Part shown: in pieces, positions 18,571 to 28,080 of the stretch
How positions within the stretch are numbered: position 1 is the stretch's first letter
Layout: every line of letters begins with the position of its first letter
NCBI GenBank assembly: GCA_040005235.1
Contig: JBDTZG010000012.1
Location: forward strand, 46,596-110,595
DNA length: 64,000 bases
Origin: Acidobacteriota bacterium
GTDB taxonomy: Bacteria; Acidobacteriota; Thermoanaerobaculia; Multivoradales; UBA5704
Direction: 5' to 3'
Program-made: the position numbers and the translations under genes
Notes under the pieces: model-generated
The model's database searches: none
Told to the model about the DNA's origin: nothing
Seen by the model: only the letters and a program-made list of their open reading frames with translations

Positions 18571-19821
18571 TTAGCAGAGCGCGGGGCGCAAGGAGAGCGC
18601 GTCGACGATCTCCTCGACGTTCAGCTCCGGCACGAACAGCTCGGGCGCCAGGCGCTCGAGGTGAGCTTCGACCAGCGGCAACCCTCCGGGCAGGTCGGGC
18701 AGCGTCTCGCGCGCCTCGGCGCTTGCGGCGTAGCGGAAGTAGGGACAGCCCTCGGGGGTGTTTTCGCGCAGGAGGCGATCGACCAGACCGCCGGTGGCGG
18801 GGTTGACCCGGCCGACCACTCCTTCGAGGAAGATCATTGCCGTCGGCCCTTCTTCGGCGAATCGGGCGGCTTCTTTCCCCGCTTCCTCCGCCAGACGGCG
18901 GGCGGCGAGCGGATATTTCGGCGCGAACGGCCGGTCGACCGGACCGGCGAGCTGGCGCGCGATCCGCTGCCGCAGATCTTCGAAAGTCCAGCGCTCCGTC
19001 CCCTCGAAGCCGAGCAGGTTGAAGCGGTCTCGGGCGCCCACTCGCACCTTGCCGTGCTCGGAGCGGACGCTGGTCGGCGAGTTGAAATAGTCGCGGCCGG
19101 TGAGCGGATCGGCCACGGGGGGAAAGAAGCCGAACAGCCGGCCGTCGAGATCGCGCCCGCCGTGGGCTGCGCGCTCCGCGACCTCGGACTCGACCCGGGC
19201 GGCAAAGCCGGGATCGCCGAGCCAGGCAGAGGGCTCTGCGGCGACGGGGGTGAGCACTGCGATCGAGGCCATCGAGGCGTTCCACCTCGCGAGCGTCCGG
19301 CGTGCCACCGTTTCTTCGAGGTCGAGTACCCGGCCTCCCCGATGTGCGGCGAGCAACTCGCGCCACTCGTCGAGCCGGGCGAGATCGACCGCCGGGTGGG
19401 CCGCGAGGCGAACCGCAGCGAGCGCGGACTCGTTTTCGTCCCCTACGGTTCCGGCGAGGGCGGCGAAGAAAAGCTCGGACGCGACCGGGCAGCCGGCCCG
19501 CGCGTCGTCCGCTTTGAGCGCGTAGGGAAGCCAACGCTCGCGCAGCTCCGCGATCGCGTCGCGCCGGGCCGCTCGGCGGTCGGGCGCGAGGCGGATCGCG
19601 CGGCGGATCGCGGCCAGCTCGTCGTCCGAGCGGTGATAGAGAGCGCTGTACTCCTCGACCGACTGGCCGGCGTCGATCACCAGCCGGACGTGCGGCTCGA
19701 CCCCCGACGCCGCGAGCCGGGAGGCGAGGTACCCCGCCTGGGTCAGATTGAGGCCGGCGTCCTCCCGCAAATGGATCGCCTGGCCGCGGGCTTCGACGAC
19801 GAGCAGCGCGCGCCGGGTCAC
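18571..19821 (-). CDS. Hypothetical protein (416 aa), translationally coupled to the thiol dioxygenase
   Basis: GTGA overlap at 19818-19821 with the upstream gene; long ORF with globular composition; no family recognised. Confidence 0.75.
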   Translation of the reverse strand: MTRRALLVVEARGQAIHLREDAGLNLTQAGYLASRLAASGVEPHVRLVIDAGQSVEEYSALYHRSDDELAAIRRAIRLAPDRRAARRDAIAELRERWLPYALKADDARAGCPVASELFFAALAGTVGDENESALAAVRLAAHPAVDLARLDEWRELLAAHRGGRVLDLEETVARRTLARWNASMASIAVLTPVAAEPSAWLGDPGFAARVESEVAERAAHGGRDLDGRLFGFFPPVADPLTGRDYFNSPTSVRSEHGKVRVGARDRFNLLGFEGTERWTFEDLRQRIARQLAGPVDRPFAPKYPLAARRLAEEAGKEAARFAEEGPTAMIFLEGVVGRVNPATGGLVDRLLRENTPEGCPYFRYAASAEARETLPDLPGGLPLVEAHLERLAPELFVPELNVEEIVDALSLRPALC

Positions 19822-20426
19822 GGAGTTTGCGCCCGCTCCGGGTCCAGCTCGGGCGCTTCGACCATCCGGATCAGCCGCTCGCCTTCGATTTCGATTTCGC
19901 CTTCCAGGCGGAAATAACGGCAGGGCCGGCCGGCGGCTTCGTCGTAGTAGGGCGAGAACAGATCGACGAAGGCGGTGTCTTCGAACGCCCGAAGATGGTG
20001 GAGGTTGCCATCGCGCGGCTTGAGGATGTCGCAGCGATCGGCGGCTCCCACCGTCCGCTCCGGGCGGGCTCTCGCGAGGCCGGGAGAGTTGGGAACCCAA
20101 TCGTAAGAGCGGATCTCCAGGCAGCCGGCGAGCACTCGCAGCATCACCGTCATCTCGGGATGATCATGGAGCGGCAACTCGCGGCCGGCCGGGACGAGGA
20201 AGAGGGTCGCGTGAAGGTCGGGGCGCTCGAACAGCGGTCGCTCGATCCACCGCGCGGTGCGGTCGAGGGCCGCAAGATCGACTTCCAGATCGGCGCAGGT
20301 TAGGGATTCGAGCGCTGCCGCGAGGGCCGACAGATCGGGCGCGCGGGCCGACCCGAGCGTTCCGAGCATTCCGGTGGAAAACTCTCGCTCCGAAAGGTCG
20401 GCCAGGCGGCACAGCTTGGCATGCAT
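19818..20426 (-). CDS. PCO/ADO-like (plant cysteine oxidase / cysteamine dioxygenase) thiol dioxygenase, cupin fold
   Basis: LPLHDHPEMTVMLRVLAG...RSYDWV...ILKPRDGNLH...AFVDLFSPYYD...GRPCRYF reproduces the PCO/ADO motifs. The real start may be the ATG at 20369. Confidence 0.85.
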   Translation of the reverse strand: MHAKLCRLADLSEREFSTGMLGTLGSARAPDLSALAAALESLTCADLEVDLAALDRTARWIERPLFERPDLHATLFLVPAGRELPLHDHPEMTVMLRVLAGCLEIRSYDWVPNSPGLARARPERTVGAADRCDILKPRDGNLHHLRAFEDTAFVDLFSPYYDEAAGRPCRYFRLEGEIEIEGERLIRMVEAPELDPERAQTP

Positions 20427-20473
20427 GACGAATAGAATATCGCTGAAACCTGCCGACCACCGAGCCGATCGCC

Positions 20474-21694
20474 ATGGACGTCCTTGTGCTTCTCCCCGAC
20501 GCCTTCGATCGAGCCTCGTTTTCCGCCGTGCCGGGGCACCGCTTCCGATTCGTCGAGACCGAGCGCGCGATTGACCATTGGCGGCCGACCGGGTTCGATC
20601 CTCTCGCCTATCTCGATCGGGCTCGCGCCGCGGCGCGCGAGGGGCCGGTCGATGCGGTCGTTTCGACCCACGATTTGGGCGACTACCTCGCGGCGCTCCT
20701 GGCTCGCGAGCTGGGGCTGCCGGGACCGTCGCCCGAGGCGGTGTTCCTCGGCCTGCACAAGTACTACGGCCGGCGGGCGGAGCGGCAGGCCGGGTTCGCC
20801 TCGCTTCGGTGCGAGGCGCTCAATCTCGAAGAGCCCTGCCCGCGGGCGTTCGGGTATCCCTGTTTCCTGAAGGCGCCGTTCTTGAAGCTCGGACTGCTTG
20901 GGTTTAGGCTCGACGGACCGGAGGATCTGGCGCGCGCTTGGGGCATCGCGCAGCGGGAGCTGCCCGCCTGGTGCCGCCAGTACCTACCGCTGTTCCAAGC
21001 CAACGTCGATCTAGATCGCTACCCTCTCGCCGGGCGCGAGATCATGCTGCTCGAAGAGCTCAAGGACGGGCCGCAGGTGACCGTCGAAGGCTGGATGCAC
21101 GAGGGCCGGTTTCACCTCTGGGCGATCACCGACACCAACGTCTTTCCCGGCTCGCGGGCGATCGACAATTTCTCCCTCCCCTCCCGCCTGCCGGCGGCGG
21201 CCCAGGCGAGTTTGGCGGAGGCCGCGGAGCGCGCGGTCCGGTCGATCGGCTTCGACGGCGGGTTCGCGAACGTCGAGCTCTGGTGGCAGGACGGAAAGGC
21301 GGTTCCGATCGAGGTGAACGCCCGGGCGGCGGCGAGCTTTTCGATCCTGTACGAACGGTGCCTTCAGACGTCGCACTGGGCGGCGATCGTCGAAGTGGCG
21401 GGCGGTGGTATGCCTTCGGCGCTTCCCCGGCCCGACGGCACGGTCGGCGGCCAGTTCAACCTGATCACGTTCGCCGAAGGGCGCGTGGGCGACCTGCTGG
21501 ATCTCGGCGCCGCCCGCGAGGTGGCGGGAATTTCGCTCGACCGTTCGGCCGACGAGGTCGTCCGGCCGGTGAGCGAGTTCGGCGTCGTCCTCGCCCAGGT
21601 CGAGCTGTTCGGCGGAAGCTACGAGGAGATCCACGCCGAGGCGACCCGGATTCGGCGCCGGCTGTTGAAGCGGCCGGAGAATTCGCCGGGGTGA
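20474..21694 (+). CDS. ATP-grasp carboxylate-amine ligase-like protein
   Basis: LARELGLPG, HKYY, YPCFLKAP, LLEEL..GPQVTVEG, GFANVEL...IEVNAR. Confidence 0.85.
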   Translation: MDVLVLLPDAFDRASFSAVPGHRFRFVETERAIDHWRPTGFDPLAYLDRARAAAREGPVDAVVSTHDLGDYLAALLARELGLPGPSPEAVFLGLHKYYGRRAERQAGFASLRCEALNLEEPCPRAFGYPCFLKAPFLKLGLLGFRLDGPEDLARAWGIAQRELPAWCRQYLPLFQANVDLDRYPLAGREIMLLEELKDGPQVTVEGWMHEGRFHLWAITDTNVFPGSRAIDNFSLPSRLPAAAQASLAEAAERAVRSIGFDGGFANVELWWQDGKAVPIEVNARAAASFSILYERCLQTSHWAAIVEVAGGGMPSALPRPDGTVGGQFNLITFAEGRVGDLLDLGAAREVAGISLDRSADEVVRPVSEFGVVLAQVELFGGSYEEIHAEATRIRRRLLKRPENSPG

Positions 21695-21758
21695 CCTTTC
21701 GGACTACAATCCACAACTCGCGCTCGGTTCTATTTTGCACCGGGCGCCGGAGGTTCCT

Positions 21759-24653
21759 ATGAACGGTCGCCGTCGCTCCTTGCTCGCTCTCCTCGTTCTG
21801 ATCGGCGCTCTTCAGCTCGCCACCCCTGCCGCGCACGGCATCGATCATGCCGTCCAGGTGGGTCCCGGCACCACCTTCTCGCCGCAGTTCTTGGACATCA
21901 CGGCCGGCGACACCGTGACCTGGACGAGCGCAGGGGGTTTCCACAATGTCGTCGCGGACAACGGGACCTTCCGCTGTTCGAACGGCTGCGATGGCGAGGG
22001 GGGCGACGGCAGTCCCTCCGCCGCCGGCTGGAGCTTCACCCGGACCTACCCCGCCAACGGCATCTACGGCTATCACTGCGAGGTCCATGGATCACCCGGC
22101 AGCGGCATGTACGGGACGGTTACGGTGCATGGCGTGACTCCTCCGGGAACGATCCAGTTCGCTTCCACCGCTTTCACGGTCGGCGAAGAGGAGCCCTCGG
22201 TCTATTTCACGATTTCGCGAACCGGCGGCAGCGACGGCGAGGTCTCGGTCGTGATCAACACCAGCAATGGGACGGCCACAGCCGGACAGGATTACACGCC
22301 TTTGAACAACGTCATGCTGGTCTGGGGCCCCGGCGAAAGCGGGATCAAAACCTTTGGGATACCGATCACCGACGACATACTGAACGAGCCGACCGAGACA
22401 TTTTTTCTCAGCCTCTCCGATCCCCAAGGCGGCACCACCATCAGCAATCCGTCCACCGCCACCGTGACGATTCACGACAACGACGCGCCGGCTTCGCCCG
22501 GCACCATCGCTTTTACGGGAAGCTCGTTCTCCGGGCCGGAAGGCGGGGACGCCACCATTTCGATCTCTCGCACCGGCGGCACCACCGGGCCGGTCTCGGT
22601 TTCGTACGCGACGAGCAACGGCACCGCCGTCGCCGGTTCGGACTACACCGCGGCGGCGGGCACGGTGAGCTTTGCCGACGGTCAAGGGGGACCGAGGACC
22701 ATCCCGATCTCCTTGCTCGCCGACGACGCGTTCGAAGGGAGCGAAAACTTCACAGTCGCCCTCTCAGGCCCGACCGGCGGCGCCTCTCTGGGCAGCCCGA
22801 CGAACGCGAGCGTGACGATCTTGGACGACGACTCTCCCCCGCCCACGGGCGACACCTTTACGGATGCCGAAGTCGCCTGTGACGCCGCGCGCCTCACCGG
22901 CCTCCTCGCGCGGACCACGGCGACGCCGAGGGCGGCGGCCAAGCTCACGAACCTCAATGTCTCGTTCACCGGGACGGGGGATTTCGCCGGCATCGCCACC
23001 GAAGGCACCGGCCCGCAGACGGTTGAAAAGGCGCTCGCGTTTTCGTCCAATCCGGAGGAGACCACCTTCCTCCGGAACCCCGTGCGGCCGCAGCTCTTCT
23101 CGGTGAGCCTGACCCGCAACGACCTCAACTCCGACCTGGTCGCCGCCGCTACCGATCCGGAGGCGATTCGCCTGGCGATCAATCCGACGCTCGACGTGCA
23201 TCCCCCGGTCGGAAACCTACTCGCGATCGACAGCGTTTCGGGCGCTGCCGGAAAGATCGCCGACGCCAAGCCGGGCCGCGGCCTCGCGCCGCTTCTGGCG
23301 CCTTGCCATCGGCGCTTCTCCGATCGCGACGTCCACCTGTTCCGGGTACTCGCGAAGATGGCGCGAGCCGAGCTGTCGGGAGCGCCGAGGACCGAGATCG
23401 CGATCTATCGCGGAACGGAGACCGACAGCTACCGCCTGGATGCTTTCCCCTACAAAGCCAACGGCGCGAGCCTGGGCCGGCTCTCGGCGACGCTCGACGC
23501 GACGTTTACCGCCGCGGGTGCGCTCGATCAAGGGACGCTACGCATTCTGCCCCGCTGCACGGAGGGCCAGACGAGCGATTGCACGGACGTGGTGGGAGCC
23601 GCCGCTCTCGCGCTTTACCGGCCGGAGACCTCGGGAACGCCGTCCACGACTTTCGTGCGCCTCGAAAGCGGCGTCGCCGAGTTCGAATGGGACAACCTGC
23701 TCCAAGGCACCACCTGGGAAAAGCCACTGGCCGGCGTGTTTTTCCCGGCGCTTCGAGCTTCGGCCGCGCTCACCCCCACCGAAACCCTGTGCGATGAGAA
23801 CCGGCTCGCCGGACTGCTCGCCAAGTCGACCGCGCTGGCCGCGCGCAACGCGAAGACTTCGAATCTCGCGGTTTCGTTCACCGCAACCGGCGATTTCGCC
23901 GGTATCGCGACCTCGGGCAACGGTCCTGGCACGCCGGAGGCGGCGCTCGCGTTCTCCTCGAATCCGGAAGAGACGACGCTGCTGCGCAACCCGGCCCGGC
24001 CGCAGCTCTTCTCGGTGAGCGTGACCCGGAACGATCTCAACTCCGACCTCGTGGCCTCCGGCAACGCCGACGAGCTGCGCCTCTCGATCATCCCGACGCT
24101 CGACGCCAACCCGCACGCCGGCAACCTGCTCTCGATCGACAACTTGGCGGCTCCTGCCGGCCGGCCGGCCGATGCCAAGCCGGGGCGCGGCCTCGCTCCC
24201 CTGCTGAACCCTTGCCACGACGATTTCAGCGAAGCGGACGTCCACGTCTTCCGAGTGCTCGAAAAAGTCGTGCGCGGCGAATACGCGGGGGGCAAAAGTG
24301 TCGAGATCGCGATCTATCGCGGCGAGGCTTCCGACACCTACCGGATCGACGCGGTGCCGATCGGCGCCGACGGCCTCGGTCGCGGTCGGCTTTCGGCGCT
24401 GCTCGAGCTCCTTTTCACCCCCGCGGGCGACCTCGCGACCGGACGCCTCACCCTCCTTCCCCGTTGCGCCGCGGGAGAGACCACCGGTTGCACGGACGTG
24501 GTCGGAACGACGGCTCTCGCCCTGTTCAAACCGGTCCTACCGGGGGCGTTTCCACCGCCGACAACCTATCGGGTTTCGACCGCAGGACCGGCGAGCGTGA
24601 CGATCGATTTCGCGGATCTGCTCGCCGGTACGTCCTGGCGGCGACCGTTGTAG
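21759..24653 (+). CDS. Secreted protein: plastocyanin-like cupredoxin, two Calx-beta domains and a tandem-duplicated unknown domain
   Basis: GGAGG RBS; FSP..LDITAGDTVTW...HNV...YHCEVH...GMYGTVTV (type-1 Cu ligands); Calx-beta motifs (GTATAGQDY, ITDDILNEPTETF, GTAVAGSDY); two ~290-aa repeats. Confidence 0.85.
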   Translation: MNGRRRSLLALLVLIGALQLATPAAHGIDHAVQVGPGTTFSPQFLDITAGDTVTWTSAGGFHNVVADNGTFRCSNGCDGEGGDGSPSAAGWSFTRTYPANGIYGYHCEVHGSPGSGMYGTVTVHGVTPPGTIQFASTAFTVGEEEPSVYFTISRTGGSDGEVSVVINTSNGTATAGQDYTPLNNVMLVWGPGESGIKTFGIPITDDILNEPTETFFLSLSDPQGGTTISNPSTATVTIHDNDAPASPGTIAFTGSSFSGPEGGDATISISRTGGTTGPVSVSYATSNGTAVAGSDYTAAAGTVSFADGQGGPRTIPISLLADDAFEGSENFTVALSGPTGGASLGSPTNASVTILDDDSPPPTGDTFTDAEVACDAARLTGLLARTTATPRAAAKLTNLNVSFTGTGDFAGIATEGTGPQTVEKALAFSSNPEETTFLRNPVRPQLFSVSLTRNDLNSDLVAAATDPEAIRLAINPTLDVHPPVGNLLAIDSVSGAAGKIADAKPGRGLAPLLAPCHRRFSDRDVHLFRVLAKMARAELSGAPRTEIAIYRGTETDSYRLDAFPYKANGASLGRLSATLDATFTAAGALDQGTLRILPRCTEGQTSDCTDVVGAAALALYRPETSGTPSTTFVRLESGVAEFEWDNLLQGTTWEKPLAGVFFPALRASAALTPTETLCDENRLAGLLAKSTALAARNAKTSNLAVSFTATGDFAGIATSGNGPGTPEAALAFSSNPEETTLLRNPARPQLFSVSVTRNDLNSDLVASGNADELRLSIIPTLDANPHAGNLLSIDNLAAPAGRPADAKPGRGLAPLLNPCHDDFSEADVHVFRVLEKVVRGEYAGGKSVEIAIYRGEASDTYRIDAVPIGADGLGRGRLSALLELLFTPAGDLATGRLTLLPRCAAGETTGCTDVVGTTALALFKPVLPGAFPPPTTYRVSTAGPASVTIDFADLLAGTSWRRPL

Positions 24654-24678
24654 TCGAGGAGCAACGATTCCAGAAACG

Positions 24679-26496
24679 CTACACCCGCCGCAGCACCACG
24701 ACCGCCGCGAGCACCAACAGCGCGGCGAGCAGCAAGCCTCCTGCTCCTGAGAGGGCCGGAACGTCGGTGACCGGAACCGGAACTCCGGTGATCGTAAGGC
24801 TCGCGGGCGTTCCGGCACCCAGAGCGTCGCTGACGATGAGAGTCACCCGGTACTCCCCCGGGAGGTCGGGCACCAGGCTCGCCTGAACGCTTGTGGCGTT
24901 CGCGAGAGCCGCCGCGCTGCCGACCGGTCTGGCGATCAACGACCACTGATAAGAGAGCGCGTCGTTTTCGGGATCGGTGCTGCCGGTACCCAAGAGCAGC
25001 ACCGGCGTGCCGATTCGGACGATCGTAGCGCTCGCCTGCGCCACCGCCGTCGGAGCGGCGTTGCCGATCACGGTGACCGGATCGACCGGGCTCGCCAGGC
25101 CGTCTTCATCAGTCACCACCAGCTGGGCGACGTAGGTTCCCGGGACATCGGCAACGAAGCTCGGCGTGGCAGTTGTCGCGGCTTTCAAGAGGGCCGCGCT
25201 CCCCGCCGGCCGGGTGGTCAAACTCCACGCGAAGCCGAGGTTCGCTCCGGCGGTCACGTCGTCGTTCGAGGCGCCGCCGTCGAGATTCACCGCGCTTCCC
25301 GGCCGAACCGTCTGGTCGGCCCCGGCCACGGCAATGGGAGGTTGGGACAGGCCGAGGCGGAAGATCTCGCTGGTCCTCAGATAGCTTGCGCCGTCGAAGC
25401 CGCCGGCCACGAGCACCTCGCCGCTCGGCAGCAGCGCCGCCGCCTGGGCCACTCGGACTACCGCCATCGAAGGAACGGTGCGCCATGCATTCGTCGCGGG
25501 ATGATAAATCTCGGCGCTCGCGTTGACAGTCGTCCCGCTTCCCACCTGCGCCCCGCCCACGACGAGCACGTCGCCGTTAGGCAGCAGGGTCGCCGTGTGG
25601 CGGCCGCGATGAAACGCCATGGGGGCGGCGGCCGACCAGGAACCGGCCAGAGGGTCGTAGATCTCCGCCGAGTCGCGGTTGGCGGTGTCGGCTCCCGCGG
25701 AATGGCCGCCGGTCACCAGCACCCGGCCGTCCGGCAGGCGCGTCGCGGTATGGAAACTCCGGGCGGCGGCGAGCGGGCCGGTTAGCGCAAAGGTGCCGGT
25801 CGCCGGGTCGTACAGCTCGCAGCGCGATTCGACCGTGAGGCCGATCCGCTGCCCCCCTCCGACGACGAGAACCTGGCCGGCGTTCGGCCCGGTGCTGAGC
25901 AGGGTCAGGCTATGGCCGGCGCGCAACGCGACCATCGAGCCGGTCGGGCTCCAGGTCGAGGTAGCCGGATCGAACAGCTCCGCCGAGCCGTAGGTCGGAC
26001 CGTCCGCGCCGCCGTTGTAACCGCCGGAAAAGAGCACTTTCCCGCTCGGCAGCAAGATCATCGCCCCGGCGAAGCGATCGAGCGATGGATGGTTCGCCGT
26101 CAGCGACCAGGAATGCGTGGCCTCGGTAAAAAGTTCGGAAATCTTGGCTCCGCCGTCGTACTGCTCGCCGGCCACCAGGATCTTGCCGTTGACCAACTTC
26201 ACCGCCTGGAACTGATAGCGGTGCGAATTCATCATTGCGGCCGTCTCGCTGAAAGTTTGGCCGGCGAGCGAAAAGATATCCGCGCGGTTCGTATATCCGG
26301 GAACCGGGATGACCCCACCCGGGGCGAGCAGGTCTCCCGAAGGGAGAGGAACGAGCGCGAAATAGCCGCGCCCGACCGACAGGTCCGGCCCCGGCAGCCA
26401 CTGCTCGATCGCCGCCGCGGGAAGCGCCGTCGTGACAAGAAAGATCGCCGCCAACCAAGCCAACCGCCTACGATCGCGCAAGAAGCCTGGGCGCAT
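24679..26496 (-). CDS. Kelch-repeat protein with PKD-like domains and an IPTL-CTERM-type sorting signal
   Basis: Kelch repeats (HTATRLPDGRVLVTGG...AEIYDP); AVAGADQTV...LDG and PGTYVAQLVVTD Ig-like domains; C-terminal VPALSGAGGLLLAALLVLAAVVVLRR. Confidence 0.88.
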   Translation of the reverse strand: MRPGFLRDRRRLAWLAAIFLVTTALPAAAIEQWLPGPDLSVGRGYFALVPLPSGDLLAPGGVIPVPGYTNRADIFSLAGQTFSETAAMMNSHRYQFQAVKLVNGKILVAGEQYDGGAKISELFTEATHSWSLTANHPSLDRFAGAMILLPSGKVLFSGGYNGGADGPTYGSAELFDPATSTWSPTGSMVALRAGHSLTLLSTGPNAGQVLVVGGGQRIGLTVESRCELYDPATGTFALTGPLAAARSFHTATRLPDGRVLVTGGHSAGADTANRDSAEIYDPLAGSWSAAAPMAFHRGRHTATLLPNGDVLVVGGAQVGSGTTVNASAEIYHPATNAWRTVPSMAVVRVAQAAALLPSGEVLVAGGFDGASYLRTSEIFRLGLSQPPIAVAGADQTVRPGSAVNLDGGASNDDVTAGANLGFAWSLTTRPAGSAALLKAATTATPSFVADVPGTYVAQLVVTDEDGLASPVDPVTVIGNAAPTAVAQASATIVRIGTPVLLLGTGSTDPENDALSYQWSLIARPVGSAAALANATSVQASLVPDLPGEYRVTLIVSDALGAGTPASLTITGVPVPVTDVPALSGAGGLLLAALLVLAAVVVLRRV

Positions 26497-26750
26497 GATC
26501 AACCTCCCGAATTCGCCTGCGATGAGCCCGGCGGCATGGACATCGAGCCGGGCAGAAAAAGCTGTCGGGAGAGAAGACCCAGAGGCGCTACGTAGGTGTT
26601 AGCGTGACTTCGGAAAGAAAAGGGTACCGCAGCGATGGCCTACCCCGCAACGATGCTTCGGTTGCGACGTTTCACCCGCGGTTGAAACGCCCCCCCCCGG
26701 CCTGTCCTAACATCCCCCATCACAACAACTCCCAGGAGAGAGGAATCCCC

Positions 26751-27059
26751 ATGCTCACCCTCAGCATCCGCTACCAGATCGACCCCAACAAGCTGCGCGA
26801 TTTCGAGACCTACGCCAAAAGCATCGCCGAGCCGATCCGCCGCTCGGGCGGCGACCTGATTGGCTACTTCCTGCCGACCCGCTTCGCCGGTCGCACCAAC
26901 GAGGCGCTCGCCCTGATCGATTTTCCGGACCTAGCGGCTTACGAGCGCTATCGCGAGGCTCTCGGCAAAGACCCCGAAAACATGGCGAGCATCGCGCAGG
27001 TCGAGAGCAGCTGCTGCATTCTTTGCGAGGACCGGGGAATCATGCAGCGGGTTTCTTGA
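26751..27059 (+). CDS. NIPSNAP-family protein
   Basis: IRYQIDPNKLRDFETYA...GYFLP...ALALIDFPDLAAYERYR. Confidence 0.85.
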   Translation: MLTLSIRYQIDPNKLRDFETYAKSIAEPIRRSGGDLIGYFLPTRFAGRTNEALALIDFPDLAAYERYREALGKDPENMASIAQVESSCCILCEDRGIMQRVS

Positions 27060-27124
27060 CGACACCCCCGCCGGCTACGTTTCAAACCGATGGCAAACCG
27101 ACACCTCGGATAGCATGCGCCGCC

Positions 27125-28069
27125 ATGCCCGCTCTGGCCGATGCCCCCTACCGCCCCGCCTCCAAGCGCCGGGCAATCGCCGAGGCACTGTTCGCCGTCG
27201 TCGTCTGGGGCGCCACATTCGTAGCGACCAAGCGGGCTTTGGCGGATGCTTCTCCGGCGTTCGTGGTGGCGATTCGGTCGGGGCTTGGGGCTCTCGTGCT
27301 CGCGGGGGTCGCGGCCTGGCGCGGCGAGATGGCTCGGGTTCCGTTACGCCTGCTCGGCAGGCTCGCGTTTCTTGGGTTTCTTGGCATCGGCTTCCACCAA
27401 TGGCTCCAGGCGCAGGCTTTGATGACGTCGGACGCTTCGACCGCCGCGTGGCTGGTGACGGTGTCGCCGATCTTTACCGCGTTGCTCAGCCGGACGATGC
27501 TCGGCGAGCGGTTGGGGTGGGTTGGACTCGCGGGAATCGGAGTCGCCGCGTTCGGCGTGCTCTGGGTGGTGGCGCGCGGCGACCTGGGCCATCTCGCACA
27601 GAGCGGCTTCGGCACGATGGGCGATTTTCTGATGCTGTTCTCCGCCCTCAACTGGTCGATCTACACGGTTTTCTCGCGCCGAGTGCTCAAGGCGCAGCCC
27701 GCCGGGCGTACGACGTTTTACGTCCTCGCGTTCGGTTGCCTGTTCTCCGCGCTCTGGTGGGTCGCGGCACCCGGCGGGTCGCTCGGCGCTTCGATCGCGA
27801 AGATCGGCCCCGGGGCCTGGATCGCGATCGCGTTTCTCGGCATTCTGGGCTCGGCGTTGGCACCGCTCGCCTGGAACGACGCGCTCGAAACCATTCCCGC
27901 CGCGCGCCTTTCGGTGTTTCTCTATTTGGAGCCGCCGATCACCACCGCGCTCGCGGTCGCGATCGGTCAGGAAGCGTGGCGCTGGGCGACGCTGTGGGGC
28001 GGGTTGTTGATCGTTCTGGGGGTGGTGATGGTGAATCTGCGGACGCGAAAGCCTTCATCCGAGGAGTAG
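27125..28069 (+). CDS. DMT/EamA-family transporter
   Basis: About 10 TM segments; VWGATFVATK, LGERLG, GDFLML, YLEPPIT. Confidence 0.9.
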   Translation: MPALADAPYRPASKRRAIAEALFAVVVWGATFVATKRALADASPAFVVAIRSGLGALVLAGVAAWRGEMARVPLRLLGRLAFLGFLGIGFHQWLQAQALMTSDASTAAWLVTVSPIFTALLSRTMLGERLGWVGLAGIGVAAFGVLWVVARGDLGHLAQSGFGTMGDFLMLFSALNWSIYTVFSRRVLKAQPAGRTTFYVLAFGCLFSALWWVAAPGGSLGASIAKIGPGAWIAIAFLGILGSALAPLAWNDALETIPAARLSVFLYLEPPITTALAVAIGQEAWRWATLWGGLLIVLGVVMVNLRTRKPSSEE

Positions 28070-28080
28070 GGGCGCCCTAC
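28066..28080. repeat. 15-bp GTAG palindrome containing the stop codons of both convergent genes
   Basis: GTAGGGGCGCCCTAC; its exact reverse complement is at 38784-38798. Confidence 0.65.

Noticed and set aside
26658-26689. CGTTTCA...TGAAACG inverted repeat upstream of the NIPSNAP gene as a riboswitch or ncRNA
   Set aside because: It is only a short stem with no recognisable RNA family features; it may be an operator, but I cannot support that.
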